From Spirochaetia bacterium (lineage in GTDB: Bacteria > Spirochaetota > Spirochaetia > CADAEX01), in assembly GCA_045606105.1 (NCBI GenBank), contig JAZURI010000011.1, forward strand, positions 32,001-96,000: DNA of 64,000 nucleotides. Reading direction: 5' to 3'. The notes beneath the pieces are model-generated. The model saw nothing but the letters and a program-made list of their open reading frames with translations. It was not told where the DNA came from and did no database searches. Shown piece after piece: positions 10,530 through 20,835 of the stretch; the first letter of the stretch is position 1, and every line of letters begins with the position of its first letter. The translations under genes were made by a program, and so were the position numbers.

Positions 10530-11476
10530 GGCCTGAAATCTCCGGCCGCCTGGGTACCGTAGGCACTTTCAGCCTTGAGAACAGCATCGTTTATGGCTTT
10601 CGCCACCACATAGGCTGCCAGATCTCCCAGTGCATCCTGATTCACATCAACCTCTCCCTTTGAAAGGAAAAAGAGGGTATCTCCGTCGCAGGAGGTATGA
10701 ACAGGTCTGATGGCCCTGGCAAATCCGTCGTGTCCCATTTCCGCCAGCTTGTTGCACTGAGGCTTGCTGAGCTTTGCATTGGTTATGACACAACCTATGG
10801 TAGTATTGCCTGTAAATACATTCTTTTTCTTGTCGATGGTATCCCACATCACCTGACTTGTAAGACCGGTCTTAAGTCCGGCAAGCTTCTTTCCGGTATC
10901 GATGTCGAATATATCCCCGAGAGCATTGCACACGACAACAGCTCCCACCTTCAGGTCGCCCACCTGTACGGCATAAGTTCCCAGTCCCCCCTTCATGAGA
11001 TGCTGAAAACCGAGATATTTTCCTACAGTGGCCCCGGTACCGCCGCCGTGGTTTCCGGTTCTGAAAAGAGTGATATCTTCTGAATTGCGGGCTGCTTCGT
11101 AGCCCATTTCCCTGTCGGGACGGCAGTTGAAGTCGGCTATACAGAGGTCGTAGACACAGGCTCCGGGAACAATGGGAACAACACCAAGCCCCACATTGAA
11201 GCCTATTCCCCGTTCCTCCAGATACTTCATGACACCGCTGCAGGAATCGAGTCCGTAGGCACTTCCCCCCGAAAGGACAAGACCGTAAACCTCGTTACAC
11301 ATCTTTTCAGACTTGAGAAGCTCTGTTTCCCGTCCTGCAGGACCTCCGCCCTGGACGCTGACACCTCCCACAGCCCCTTTTTCACAGATAATGACGGTAC
11401 AGCCTGTACCGCCCTGAGTATTCTCGGCATTGCCGATCCTGAAATTTTCTATATCGATAAAATTTATCTCTTTCAT
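10526..11476 (-). CDS. P1 family (DmpA/S58) aminopeptidase
   Basis: TGCTVI, GGGPAGRET, LSGGSAYGL, GNTTIG (autocleavage site), PVHTSCDGDTLF. Confidence 0.88.
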   Translation of the reverse strand: MKEINFIDIENFRIGNAENTQGGTGCTVIICEKGAVGGVSVQGGGPAGRETELLKSEKMCNEVYGLVLSGGSAYGLDSCSGVMKYLEERGIGFNVGLGVVPIVPGACVYDLCIADFNCRPDREMGYEAARNSEDITLFRTGNHGGGTGATVGKYLGFQHLMKGGLGTYAVQVGDLKVGAVVVCNALGDIFDIDTGKKLAGLKTGLTSQVMWDTIDKKKNVFTGNTTIGCVITNAKLSKPQCNKLAEMGHDGFARAIRPVHTSCDGDTLFFLSKGEVDVNQDALGDLAAYVVAKAINDAVLKAESAYGTQAAGDFRP

Positions 11477-11477
11477 A

Positions 11478-13079
11478 TCAGGTAATGGAACTGAGTGCTA
11501 CCACAAGAGCTCTGATAACACCGGTGATTCCCTCTCCTCCAAGAAGTCCGGAAGCAACAATGAGACCGCTGTTGCTTTCCTTGATTTTAGGTATACATCT
11601 GTCTGTGGCAAGCCTGATCATTCCGCCGATAAAAACAGTGGCAGACATGAAGAACGGCAGATAGACACCAAGACCAAGAGTCATTACAGGAATATTGAGA
11701 CAGTAAAGAGCAAATGCAGCCACAAGACCTATCATAAAGGCAGGAAGATTTGAGATACCGCCTACCATGGCTGAAACTGCTCCGGCCTGGGCTGCAGGAA
11801 ACATATCTGTTCCGAAGCTGGCACCGCCGTAAGCCTTCACTATAACCATGAGAACACCTACTGATACAAAGGCTCCCACAAGAGCTCCCACGCACTCTCC
11901 TATCCACTGGGCCTTAGGATCTGTATCCAGTAAACGGCCGGCCTTGAAGTCGTTCATGATATCGCCGCAGAGACCGCAGGCAACAGTTACCACAGCCGCA
12001 ACATAAAAAGCCTCGGTTCCTTCAATGGCTGTAATGGCCTTTACTGCCAGCAGTACTATGATTCCGAAAATTTCCATAGGGTTGATTCCGGTAAGACCTA
12101 CACATTCCGATGACATTGCGGTAGCAAGCCATACTCCGATAATGGTAAGACAGGAGGCAATAACTCCCAGACCCAGCCATTTTGTAAATACAAAAGCAAG
12201 GAAAACCAGAAGAATCGGTGCCCATCTCATCGGGATAACATCAGCTTTTCCCTGATTTTTTGAAAACATGCCGCCGAAAATCGATTTCGCCTTGGGAATG
12301 ATGCTCTTGCAGAGGATACCGATACCGGTTCCCACCATGAGGCCGATTCCCAGGGACTGCTTTATGGTCATGGCTGTATCAGAATTCCACAGCCCGGCTT
12401 TTGTACAGGCAAAAAGGATACCGAAATCGGCAAGAAGAGCTCCGATGAACCATACTGTATTGTTCTTAGGGCCGATGATATAACCTACTCCGGCCAGCAT
12501 CGGGCTTACATAGACTCCCGCCTTGGAGCCGTAGACCAGCATCTCCTTGTTGATGAGAACGGCAGGAATCTTGTGGAGAAAATCCCTGAGAAATGCAAAA
12601 AGGGAAGCAATTCCCATAGTTGTGAAAAGTACAACTGCCTTCTTCCCCCCTTCGTCCCCGGTTTCCAGGGTTTCGGCACAGGCCTGTCCCATAGGATAGG
12701 GAAGATCGGCAGTATCTATGAAATGCTTTCTTACCAGAGCTGTAAAAATAAGCCCCATGATAACACCGCCCAGGGTAAGGATGAGAACACTCAGCCAGTT
12801 TACCTCGGCATTGCTGTTGACCATCCAGATACCGGGAATGGTAAAGGCAAGTCCTCCTGCAACCATGGAACCGGCAGACATGGCGGTCTGGGTCACATTG
12901 ATTTCCTTAAGGTTTGTATTTCCCATCAGCTTGAGGCTGAACAATGAAACCAGGGTTACAAAGATGATAGGCCATGGCAGAGAGCTGAGCTTCAGTGCGA
13001 TGAACATGGAACTGGTAGTAATAATTACGGTTCCGATCACACCGATGACCAGACCTCTTGCGGTAAGTTGCTTATTCAT
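11478..13079 (-). CDS. OPT/YSL family oligopeptide transporter
   Basis: QLTARGLVIG, EINVTQTAMSAG, LPYPMG, DIMNDFKAG, ASGLLGGEGI; many TM helices. Confidence 0.88.
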   Translation of the reverse strand: MNKQLTARGLVIGVIGTVIITTSSMFIALKLSSLPWPIIFVTLVSLFSLKLMGNTNLKEINVTQTAMSAGSMVAGGLAFTIPGIWMVNSNAEVNWLSVLILTLGGVIMGLIFTALVRKHFIDTADLPYPMGQACAETLETGDEGGKKAVVLFTTMGIASLFAFLRDFLHKIPAVLINKEMLVYGSKAGVYVSPMLAGVGYIIGPKNNTVWFIGALLADFGILFACTKAGLWNSDTAMTIKQSLGIGLMVGTGIGILCKSIIPKAKSIFGGMFSKNQGKADVIPMRWAPILLVFLAFVFTKWLGLGVIASCLTIIGVWLATAMSSECVGLTGINPMEIFGIIVLLAVKAITAIEGTEAFYVAAVVTVACGLCGDIMNDFKAGRLLDTDPKAQWIGECVGALVGAFVSVGVLMVIVKAYGGASFGTDMFPAAQAGAVSAMVGGISNLPAFMIGLVAAFALYCLNIPVMTLGLGVYLPFFMSATVFIGGMIRLATDRCIPKIKESNSGLIVASGLLGGEGITGVIRALVVALSSIT

Positions 13080-13095
13080 TTTTTTCCTTCATTGT

Positions 13096-14229
13096 TTATT
13101 TGATAGACGAAAGCCTTATAGGCTCAGGATTTTCATTGTTTCCGAGATACTGGGCAAGCTCTTCCATAACAGCCTTCCCTCTGGAGCTGAGCTTTTCAGG
13201 AATAACTACCTGGATTTTTATGTAAAGATCCCCTTTTTTGCTGTCGTGATGAATGAACGGAACCCCTTCTCCCTTGAGACGGAGCATCTTTCCGTTCTGG
13301 ATTCCTGCAGGAATCTTCAGCTTGACCTTCTTGTCGTCAAGTGTATTGACGCTGATGGTACATCCCAGAGCAGCCTGAGCCACATTTATAGGTACGGCAC
13401 AATAAAGATCGTTTCCGGCCCTTTCAAAATATTCATGGGGCCTTACGTTTACAAAAACATAAAGATCACCGGCAGGACCGCCTGCAACACCTGCATCTCC
13501 CTGTCCCGGAATATTGATCTGTCTACCCGGTTCTATACCGGCAGGAATTGATACCTTTATTTTCTGAACCTTTCTGGTTACGCCGCTTCCGCCGCAATGT
13601 CTGCATGGCTTCTCGATAATGGAGCCTTCGCCTCGGCATGTGGAGCATGTGGATGCAATTGAAAAGAAACCTGAACTTCTGCGGACCTGTCCCACACCTC
13701 CGCAGGACGGACAGATCTTTCTTCCCGAACCGGAGGCGGAACCGCTTCCCTTGCATTCGGAACATGAGTTGTTCTTGTTATATGAAATTTCTGCTTTTGT
13801 ACCGTAAACCGCATCCTTGAAAGTGATATCAAGGTTGTACCTGAGATCGGCGCCTCTGTAGGCTCCGCCTGTTCCTCCGGCACTTCTGGCCCTTCTGCCG
13901 CCCCCTCCGAAACCGAAAAGGGTCTCGAAGATACTGGAATCTCCGAAAAGGTCCTCGAAGTCATGAAATGCATTAGAGTAGCCCTGGGCACCGGCGGCAC
14001 CTCCGTCTACTCCTGCAAAACCGAACTGGTCGTATGCCTGCCGTTTCTTTTCATCACTGAGAATCTCGTAGGCCTCGGTAGCTTCCTTGAACTTATCCTC
14101 GGCCTCGGGATTTCCCGCATTCTTGTCCGGATGATACTTTACGGCAAGCTTACGGTACGCTTTTTTTATTTCTTCCTTGGAAGCCCCTTTCTCGACTCCC
14201 AGAACCTCGTAATAATCACGCTTATCCAT
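13096..14229 (-). CDS. dnaJ: Chaperone DnaJ
   Basis: J domain with HPD, G/F-rich linker, four CxxCxGxG repeats. Confidence 0.98.
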   Translation of the reverse strand: MDKRDYYEVLGVEKGASKEEIKKAYRKLAVKYHPDKNAGNPEAEDKFKEATEAYEILSDEKKRQAYDQFGFAGVDGGAAGAQGYSNAFHDFEDLFGDSSIFETLFGFGGGGRRARSAGGTGGAYRGADLRYNLDITFKDAVYGTKAEISYNKNNSCSECKGSGSASGSGRKICPSCGGVGQVRRSSGFFSIASTCSTCRGEGSIIEKPCRHCGGSGVTRKVQKIKVSIPAGIEPGRQINIPGQGDAGVAGGPAGDLYVFVNVRPHEYFERAGNDLYCAVPINVAQAALGCTISVNTLDDKKVKLKIPAGIQNGKMLRLKGEGVPFIHHDSKKGDLYIKIQVVIPEKLSSRGKAVMEELAQYLGNNENPEPIRLSSIK

Positions 14230-16169
14230 TATTTTTTATCGTCATCTACCACTTCGAAATCCACATCGTCTACAGTTCCGCTTTTTGGACCTGCATTCTG
14301 TTCAGGGGTAGGACCCGCTTCCGGTCCGTTAGGTCCGGCAGCACCTGCGCCTGCTGCACCTGCAGCGTTGTTAGCGGCATACATCTGTTCTGCAAGCTTG
14401 TATGCGGCCTGTTTCAATGCTTCAATCTTAGATTTAATATCGTCGATATTATCGGTTTTTGCTGCTTCTTTCAAGTCATTGAGAGCAACTTCAATCTTTG
14501 ACCTGTCATCTGCAGAAATCTTGTCACCATATTCCTTCAGTGATTTTTCAGTCTGATAAATCATGGAATCAGCTTCGTTTCTTACTTCGATCTTGGCTCT
14601 TTCCTTCTTGTCCTCTTCGGAATGAAGTTCAGCTTCCTTCACCATCCTGTCGATTTCGTTCTCTGAAAGACCGGATGAAGATTCAATCTTGATCTTCTGT
14701 TCCTTTCCTGTTGCAAGATCCTTGGCTGAAACATGAACAATACCGTTGGCATCAATGTCGAAGGTTACTTCGATCTGAGGAATTCCTCTAGGAGCAGCCG
14801 GAATACCTACAAGGTCGAACTTTCCGAGTGTCTTGTTGTTGGCAGCCATTTCTCTTTCACCCTGAAGAACATGGATGGAAACTGCTGTCTGTCCGTCTGC
14901 GGCTGTGGAGAAAATCTGGCTCTTTCTTGTAGGAATTGTGGTGTTTCTTTCAATAAGCTTTGTGAAAACACCGCCGAGAGTCTCGATTCCGAGAGAAAGA
15001 GGGGTAACATCAAGAAGAAGAATATCCTTAACATCACCGCCGAGAATACCGCCCTGGATAGCTGCACCCATTGCAACAACCTCATCCGGGTTAACGCTCT
15101 TGTTAGGGTCCTTTCCGAAAATCTGCTTTACCATGGCCTGAACTGCAGGGATTCTGGAAGAACCTCCTACAAGAATAACCTCGTCAACCTCGGAAGCGGA
15201 AAGACCTGCATCCCTGAGAGCCTTGATACATGGCTCCTTTGTCTTGTTGATGAGATGTTCCACCATACCTTCGAATTTTGCCCTTGTAAGAGACATCTGG
15301 AGATGCTTAGGACCTGAAGCGTCTGCTGTGATGAACGGAAGATTGATTTCTGTGGACTGTGCGCTTGAAAGCTCAATCTTAGCCTTTTCTGCAGCTTCCT
15401 TGAGTCTCTGAAGTGCCATCTTGTCCTTTGAAAGATCGATTCCTGTGTCACCCTTGAATGCATCAATCATCCAGCGGATGATTTCCTGGTCAAAGTTATC
15501 TCCTCCGAGATGTGTATCTCCGTTTGTGGATTTTACTTCAAAAACGCCGTCACCCAGCTCAAGAATGGAAATATCGAATGTACCTCCGCCAAGGTCGTAA
15601 ACTGCGATTTTTTCTTCTACCTTATCTTTTCCGAAACCGTAGGCAAGTGATGCTGCTGTAGGCTCGTTTACAATTCTCTTTACTTCAAGGCCGGCAATTT
15701 TTCCCGCATCCTTGGTAGCCTGTCTCTGGGCATCGTTGAAGTAAGCAGGTACTGTGATTACAGCCTCTGTTACTGTTTCACCGAGGTAATCCTCTGCTGT
15801 TTTCTTCATTTTCTGGAGAACTGCAGCTGAGATTTCAGGTGCGGAATACTGCTTTCCTCTGATGTTCACCCTGATATCCTGACCCGGACCGGCTTCCATC
15901 TTATATGGCATGAGAGCTGCATCTGACTGCATTTCACCGAACTTGCATCCGATGAATCTCTTGATTGAATATACTGTATTTTCAGGGTTTGTAACCATCT
16001 GGTTCTTTGCAGGCTGACCTACAAGTCTTTCTCCCTTGTCTGTGAATGCCACGATAGAAGGTGTTGTTCTCTGTCCCTCAGAGTTGGAGATAACGATAGG
16101 TTCTCCCCCTTCCATTACAGATACACATGAATTTGTTGTACCAAGGTCAATTCCAATTACTCTTCCCAT
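14229..16169 (-). CDS. dnaK: Chaperone DnaK
   Basis: [35 protein letters not shown]. Confidence 0.99.
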   Translation of the reverse strand: MGRVIGIDLGTTNSCVSVMEGGEPIVISNSEGQRTTPSIVAFTDKGERLVGQPAKNQMVTNPENTVYSIKRFIGCKFGEMQSDAALMPYKMEAGPGQDIRVNIRGKQYSAPEISAAVLQKMKKTAEDYLGETVTEAVITVPAYFNDAQRQATKDAGKIAGLEVKRIVNEPTAASLAYGFGKDKVEEKIAVYDLGGGTFDISILELGDGVFEVKSTNGDTHLGGDNFDQEIIRWMIDAFKGDTGIDLSKDKMALQRLKEAAEKAKIELSSAQSTEINLPFITADASGPKHLQMSLTRAKFEGMVEHLINKTKEPCIKALRDAGLSASEVDEVILVGGSSRIPAVQAMVKQIFGKDPNKSVNPDEVVAMGAAIQGGILGGDVKDILLLDVTPLSLGIETLGGVFTKLIERNTTIPTRKSQIFSTAADGQTAVSIHVLQGEREMAANNKTLGKFDLVGIPAAPRGIPQIEVTFDIDANGIVHVSAKDLATGKEQKIKIESSSGLSENEIDRMVKEAELHSEEDKKERAKIEVRNEADSMIYQTEKSLKEYGDKISADDRSKIEVALNDLKEAAKTDNIDDIKSKIEALKQAAYKLAEQMYAANNAAGAAGAGAAGPNGPEAGPTPEQNAGPKSGTVDDVDFEVVDDDKK

Positions 16170-16203
16170 TTTATTCCTTCCTTTTCTATATTAAATAGAT
16201 TCT

Positions 16204-16752
16204 TTATTCGTTTTCTTTTTTTGCAGGCATGCTCACCTTTACCTTGGCATGTCTGATAATCCTGTCGTTGAGGATATATCCGTTCTGATAAACCTCCGCA
16301 ACAGTCGCTTCACTTACATCAGGCGATTCCGCCATCATAAGGGCTTCATGTTTTTCCGGATCGAAAGGCTCGTTCAACGGAGCAAACTTCTTCAATCCCC
16401 ATTTCTTTTCCAGCAGAGAAAGCATCTGCTTTTCAATCATCTGAACACCGTTGATTACGGTTTCGATATCCTTTGCTTCCCTGGATGAAGTTCCGGCGCG
16501 TTCGAAATCATCAAGAATTCCCACAAGGTCACTGAGAAGCGATGTATTTGCATACTTCACGGCATCTTCCTTATCCCGAAGAATCCTTTTTCTGAAATTT
16601 TCAAAATCAGCATATTTTCTGATATACTGATCCTTCATTTCATTGATTTCTGCCTCAAGCTTTCCTATCTGTTCCCTGAGAGAAGACACCTCTTCTTCCG
16701 GAGTCTGAACAGATTTAATTTCTTCATCCTGAGTTTCAGTACCCTTTTTCAC
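16204..16752 (-). CDS. grpE: Nucleotide exchange factor GrpE
   Basis: ADFENFRKR, FDPEKHEA, QNGYILNDRIIRHAKVKV; GTG start with AAGGA SD. Confidence 0.96.
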   Translation of the reverse strand: MKKGTETQDEEIKSVQTPEEEVSSLREQIGKLEAEINEMKDQYIRKYADFENFRKRILRDKEDAVKYANTSLLSDLVGILDDFERAGTSSREAKDIETVINGVQMIEKQMLSLLEKKWGLKKFAPLNEPFDPEKHEALMMAESPDVSEATVAEVYQNGYILNDRIIRHAKVKVSMPAKKENE

Positions 16753-16839
16753 AATATGTCCTTAATATTTAGTGTTATTCTTTTCTTTCCTAAAATATAA
16801 TAATTTGAGTATAAAAAAGTCAATGTATGTATAAATTTT

Positions 16840-18186
16840 TTAGCCTTTAAAGTAGAATTCCCGTATGTAATCCACTTCGCTTTCGCTGATACCCAGATTA
16901 TCGGCTATATGCCTGTTGTCCCAGCCCAGCTCTATGAGCCTCTTTATGTGGTTCTCGGTTTCGCTGCTGTTCTTTTCCGGTACGGCTGATGTTGCCGGTC
17001 TGTTTCCGGTAAGGCCTCCCAGAAGAGAGATATTTTCCTCCGCCCTCTTGTTCTGGTCCATGAGACCGGTTTCAGTTCTGGCAATCCATGCCATCCTGGA
17101 GCTTAGCTCCTCCAGCTGCTTTTCGGTTACAGGCCTCAGCTCCCTGAGCTCCTCCAGCATCTTTCCTGTTTCTTCAATCAGTGATGCCTGTGCCTCTATG
17201 GTGCTGCTGAGACTGCCCAGCTTTTCACGGTATTCCGCACTGAGCCTTTCATATTCATCCCTGAAGCCCCGGACAAAATCCTCCGAAAAAACCGAAATCT
17301 TTCCTGAAATATCGGTGGCTGCAACCTCACGGAGAGTATCAATTTCCCCCTTGAGTCCGTTGAAGGTCTCCTCAAGCTTTTCACTTCCTGATATAAGCTG
17401 TTCCACTGCTGCAAGTCTGCCTCCGATGGCTTCCTTATATGCATCAAGCTGTGCGAAAACATCATTTTTAAGGGTTTCCAGCCTCTGCCGGCTCTCCCTG
17501 TCCAGTTCTGCAAAAAGACCCTCTTCGGCATTTCTGTTGGATTCCTTAAGGAGGTTGAGTCCGGCTGTATGCTCTGCGGCAATTTTTTTAATGTCTGACT
17601 CCACATCGTCCCGGAGCTTTGCCGTCTTTTCATTGAAGCCGGCATACCGTTCCTCGGCCAGTTCAAGTTCATTCCTGATGGAATTGAGCTTCAGCTCCAC
17701 ATTGTTGAGAACCTTTACTCCCAGCGCCTCCACGGCAGACTGGTTGCTTCTGTTCAGCTCCTCCAGAACCGAGATTCTTTCCCTTTTTACATTTTCCAGT
17801 TCTTCCCGGAGAGAGGTGACAATCCTTCCCTTTTCTTCCAGTATGGCAAGATTGGCATCTGCACTTTTTGTGGCATCGGCTACTGTATTTATGGCTTTAC
17901 GGCAGGCTTCGACCTCCCCGTGCCGTCGTCTGAAATCATCGTATACACCCTGGAGTGTCTTTTCCTCCGCTTCCAGCATGCTGAGGAGATCGGAAATTTT
18001 CTGTTCTGTTTCCTCTACTTTTTTATCAAGCTTACGGAAAGCACCTTCAGCCCGCTTAGAGAAGTTTTTTACAGTATTGAGAGATCTATCGGAGGCTCTG
18101 AAAAACAGGCTGACAACCACAACCAAAAAGATAGTTATGCCGATGTTGATCCAGAAACCTGCATTACCTATCATTTCCAAGTACAT
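16840..18186 (-). CDS. Membrane-anchored coiled-coil protein with C-terminal HTH-like tail (resembles spirochaete SpiroCoCo-type proteins)
   Basis: N-terminal TM helix, about 350 aa of heptad-rich E/K/L/R sequence, C-terminal IKRLIELGWDNRHIADNLGISESEVDYI. Confidence 0.7.
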   Translation of the reverse strand: MYLEMIGNAGFWINIGITIFLVVVVSLFFRASDRSLNTVKNFSKRAEGAFRKLDKKVEETEQKISDLLSMLEAEEKTLQGVYDDFRRRHGEVEACRKAINTVADATKSADANLAILEEKGRIVTSLREELENVKRERISVLEELNRSNQSAVEALGVKVLNNVELKLNSIRNELELAEERYAGFNEKTAKLRDDVESDIKKIAAEHTAGLNLLKESNRNAEEGLFAELDRESRQRLETLKNDVFAQLDAYKEAIGGRLAAVEQLISGSEKLEETFNGLKGEIDTLREVAATDISGKISVFSEDFVRGFRDEYERLSAEYREKLGSLSSTIEAQASLIEETGKMLEELRELRPVTEKQLEELSSRMAWIARTETGLMDQNKRAEENISLLGGLTGNRPATSAVPEKNSSETENHIKRLIELGWDNRHIADNLGISESEVDYIREFYFKG

Positions 18187-18835
18187 ATCTCCGTAAAACT
18201 TCGTAATCCGAAAAGGTCAGATCTGCAATGCTGCCTGGCACTTCCTTTCGGGAAAAATGAGCTGCCAGCATTCCGGCACCCTTTGCCCCTATTATATCAT
18301 ATTTATAATTATTTCCAACATAAATTATTTCTTCAGGTGAAATACCAAGCTGCTCCGACATCATAAGGAAGGGCGCGCTGTCAGGCTTGAGACTTCCTAC
18401 CTCGTCGGCAGAGAGGGCCGAATCCCAGAAACGGTCCAGACCCAGATATGAAAGCTTGTTTCTGATAGGGAAATCCGAAATGACACCCAGCTTCAGCCCT
18501 GCACTGCGGAATTCCTCCAGAACGGGACTCACCTCCGGAAATGGTTTTACATCACGGAACATGGACATGTATTTTCCGTAGATAAGCTCCTCAAGAAGAT
18601 ACTCTGCCTTTTCAGCCGGAATCCTGAGATATCCTGCTGCCAGGGAAACCTGTGCCAGATGAAGATCCTCCACGCCGCCTATCTGCCTTACATCCCGGCG
18701 AAGCTGATTGAAGGCCAGGCTGATGAGGGGATGGGAAAGAAAAAAACGGACAGAACGGGAAATCATACAGCTATTCGGATAAAGTGTCCCGTCAACATCA
18801 AAAACCACTGCCTTAATTATTCTTTCTTTTTCCAT
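18164..18835 (-). CDS. HAD family hydrolase
   Basis: FDVDGTLY motif I, VISD, KP, YVGNNYKYDIIGA. Confidence 0.9.
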   Translation of the reverse strand: MEKERIIKAVVFDVDGTLYPNSCMISRSVRFFLSHPLISLAFNQLRRDVRQIGGVEDLHLAQVSLAAGYLRIPAEKAEYLLEELIYGKYMSMFRDVKPFPEVSPVLEEFRSAGLKLGVISDFPIRNKLSYLGLDRFWDSALSADEVGSLKPDSAPFLMMSEQLGISPEEIIYVGNNYKYDIIGAKGAGMLAAHFSRKEVPGSIADLTFSDYEVLRRYVLGNDR

Positions 18836-18873
18836 ATTATATATTTATAACAAAAGCCGACTACTTGCAAGCG

Positions 18874-18903
18874 AAAAAAAAGGCTTCCTTTTCAGGAAGC
18901 CTT
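18874..18903 (-). terminator. Intrinsic terminator after the decarboxylase operon
   Basis: Minus strand AGGCTTCCT-GAAA-AGGAAGCCT plus T-tract. Confidence 0.88.
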
Positions 18904-18922
18904 CCGCAATCAATAAGATAAC

Positions 18923-20041
18923 TTATTTTGCAAGAGAAAGGAGAATACCGGCAGCAACTGCTGATCCGATTACACCCGCTACGTTTGGTCCCATAGCGTT
19001 CATAAGGAGGAAGTTGCTAGGATCGGCTTTCTGACCCTCTTTCTGTACAACTCTGGCTGCCATAGGTACGGCAGATACACCGGCTGCACCGATCATAGGG
19101 TTTACCCTGCCCTTTGTGATAATCTTAAGAAGCTGTCCGAAGAGTACACCACCTGCAGTTCCCATACAGAATGCAACAAGACCCATACAGATGATCATGA
19201 TTGTCTGGATAGTGAGGAAGTGCTCTGCTGACATCTTTGAACCTACCGCGAGACCCAGGAAGATTGTTACGATGTTCATGAGTTCGTTTCCGGCTGTCTT
19301 TGTAAGTCTTTCTGTAACACCGCATTCCTTGAAGAGGTTACCGAGCATGAGCATACCGAGGAGGGCAGCTGAATCCGGAACCAGGAGAGATGCTACGATA
19401 CATACGATGATAGGGAAAAGGATCTTAGTTGTCTTTGATGCTTCCTTAACTTCTGACATTCTTATCTTTCTGTCCTTCTCGGATGTAAGAGCTCTGATGA
19501 TAGGAGGCTGGATAAACGGTACGAGAGCCATGTAAGAGTAGGCTGCTACCGCAATAGGTCCCAGCAGATGAGGTGCCAGCTTTGATGTTACGAAGATAGC
19601 TGTAGGTCCGTCCGCACCACCGATAATACCGATGGAAGCAGCTTCGCAGAATGTGAATCCGAGAGCCTTTGCACCGATAAGTGTAGCGAAGATACCGAGC
19701 TGAGCCGCAGCACCGAGAAGGAATGTAATAGGGTTTGCAAGGAGCGGACCGAAGTCTGTCATCGCACCGATTCCCAGGAAGATGATTGGTGGGAAAAGAC
19801 CCTTTTCTACACCGAAGTAGAAATACTTGAGAAGTCCTCCCTCATCCATAAGTCCTGTGATAGGAAGGTTTACAAGAATACAACCGAATCCGATCGGAAC
19901 CAGGAGGAGTGGTTCAAACCCACGTACAATACCGAGATAAAGGAGGATACATCCGATACCTATCATCACGATATACTGCCATGTGAGGTTTGTAAAACCT
20001 GTACTGGAGAAGATGGACTGAATTAAATCTAAAATTTCCAT
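18923..20041 (-). CDS. mmdB: Na+-translocating decarboxylase beta subunit (OadB/MmdB)
   Basis: EPLLLVPIGFG, GIGAMTDFGPL, IGIIGGADGPT, AMGPNVAGVIGS. Confidence 0.93.
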   Translation of the reverse strand: MEILDLIQSIFSSTGFTNLTWQYIVMIGIGCILLYLGIVRGFEPLLLVPIGFGCILVNLPITGLMDEGGLLKYFYFGVEKGLFPPIIFLGIGAMTDFGPLLANPITFLLGAAAQLGIFATLIGAKALGFTFCEAASIGIIGGADGPTAIFVTSKLAPHLLGPIAVAAYSYMALVPFIQPPIIRALTSEKDRKIRMSEVKEASKTTKILFPIIVCIVASLLVPDSAALLGMLMLGNLFKECGVTERLTKTAGNELMNIVTIFLGLAVGSKMSAEHFLTIQTIMIICMGLVAFCMGTAGGVLFGQLLKIITKGRVNPMIGAAGVSAVPMAARVVQKEGQKADPSNFLLMNAMGPNVAGVIGSAVAAGILLSLAK

Positions 20042-20051
20042 GCTTTACCCC

Positions 20052-20477
20052 TTATGCCAATTTAACGATGGCCTGGCCTTTCTGTACGCTTGCTCCCGCT
20101 GCAAGACAAACTTCAGCAACTGTTCCGTCACATGGAGCGAATACTTCCATGTCCATTTTCATTGCTTCCATGATAACTACAACCTGTCCGTTCTTAACTG
20201 CATCGCCCGGTTTAACCTTTACGTCTTTTACTGTTCCAGGCATTGGAGCTGCTACGTCCTTAGCGCCGGCTGCTGCTACAGGTGCAGGAGCTGCTGCTAC
20301 AGGTGCTGCTGCAGGTGCTGCAACAGGTGCTCTTCTTGGTGCTGCCTTCTTGGCGCCTCCGAGAATCTTTACGCTGTATGTCTTACCATCTTTTGTAAGT
20401 GTGAGGTTGTCTCCGTCTCTTTCAACGTCAACTTTGTATTTGTTTCCCTCAAATTCGAAATTAATTTCTTTTTTCAT
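20052..20477 (-). CDS. mmdC: Biotin carboxyl carrier subunit
   Basis: Ala/Pro-rich linker, APMPG, EAMKM biotinylation site. Confidence 0.9.
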   Translation of the reverse strand: MKKEINFEFEGNKYKVDVERDGDNLTLTKDGKTYSVKILGGAKKAAPRRAPVAAPAAAPVAAAPAPVAAAGAKDVAAPMPGTVKDVKVKPGDAVKNGQVVVIMEAMKMDMEVFAPCDGTVAEVCLAAGASVQKGQAIVKLA

Positions 20478-20821
20478 CTGTTAACTCCAGAAAATCTTTT
20501 TGTTACCCTTGGCGCAGAAGCCCAGGAGTCGTATTTCAAGTTCTCACTTGGTGTCCATGCAAGAGCTGATACCGGCTCTTCATCCTCTTCAATGTATGCG
20601 GCAACTGCTGCAATGATCCAGTCATTGTTCTCAGCTGCACTTTCTGCTGCTGGAGCAGCTGCTGCAGCTGCAGGAGCCGGAGCTGCTGCAGGAGCTTTCT
20701 TTGCGTTGTCGATCTTTCCGAGAATAACCATAACAACTGCAAGGAATGCAAGGAAGAAGAAAACGAGTGGTACACCGATAAGTGTAGATACTAATACATA
20801 ACTCATTGTGTCGATATTCAT
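20474..20821 (-). CDS. mmdD: OadG/MmdD-type membrane subunit
   Basis: Single TM (GVPLVFFFLAFL), Ala/Pro linker, IIAAVAAY; position in the operon. Confidence 0.8.
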   Translation of the reverse strand: MNIDTMSYVLVSTLIGVPLVFFFLAFLAVVMVILGKIDNAKKAPAAAPAPAAAAAAPAAESAAENNDWIIAAVAAYIEEDEEPVSALAWTPSENLKYDSWASAPRVTKRFSGVNR

Positions 20822-20835
20822 ATCTCACCCCAACA

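Noticed and set aside
16753-16839. Possible CIRCE element upstream of grpE
   Set aside because: Only a weak half-site (TAACACT); no TTAGCACTC-N9-GAGTGCTAA.
16916-18196. 426-aa Ser-rich plus-strand ORF
   Set aside because: Antisense to the Glu/Lys-rich coiled-coil gene; its composition is the mirror of those codons.
20255-20700. GCT/GCA/CCT low-complexity repeats
   Set aside because: They encode the normal Ala/Pro linkers of the decarboxylase gamma and delta subunits.
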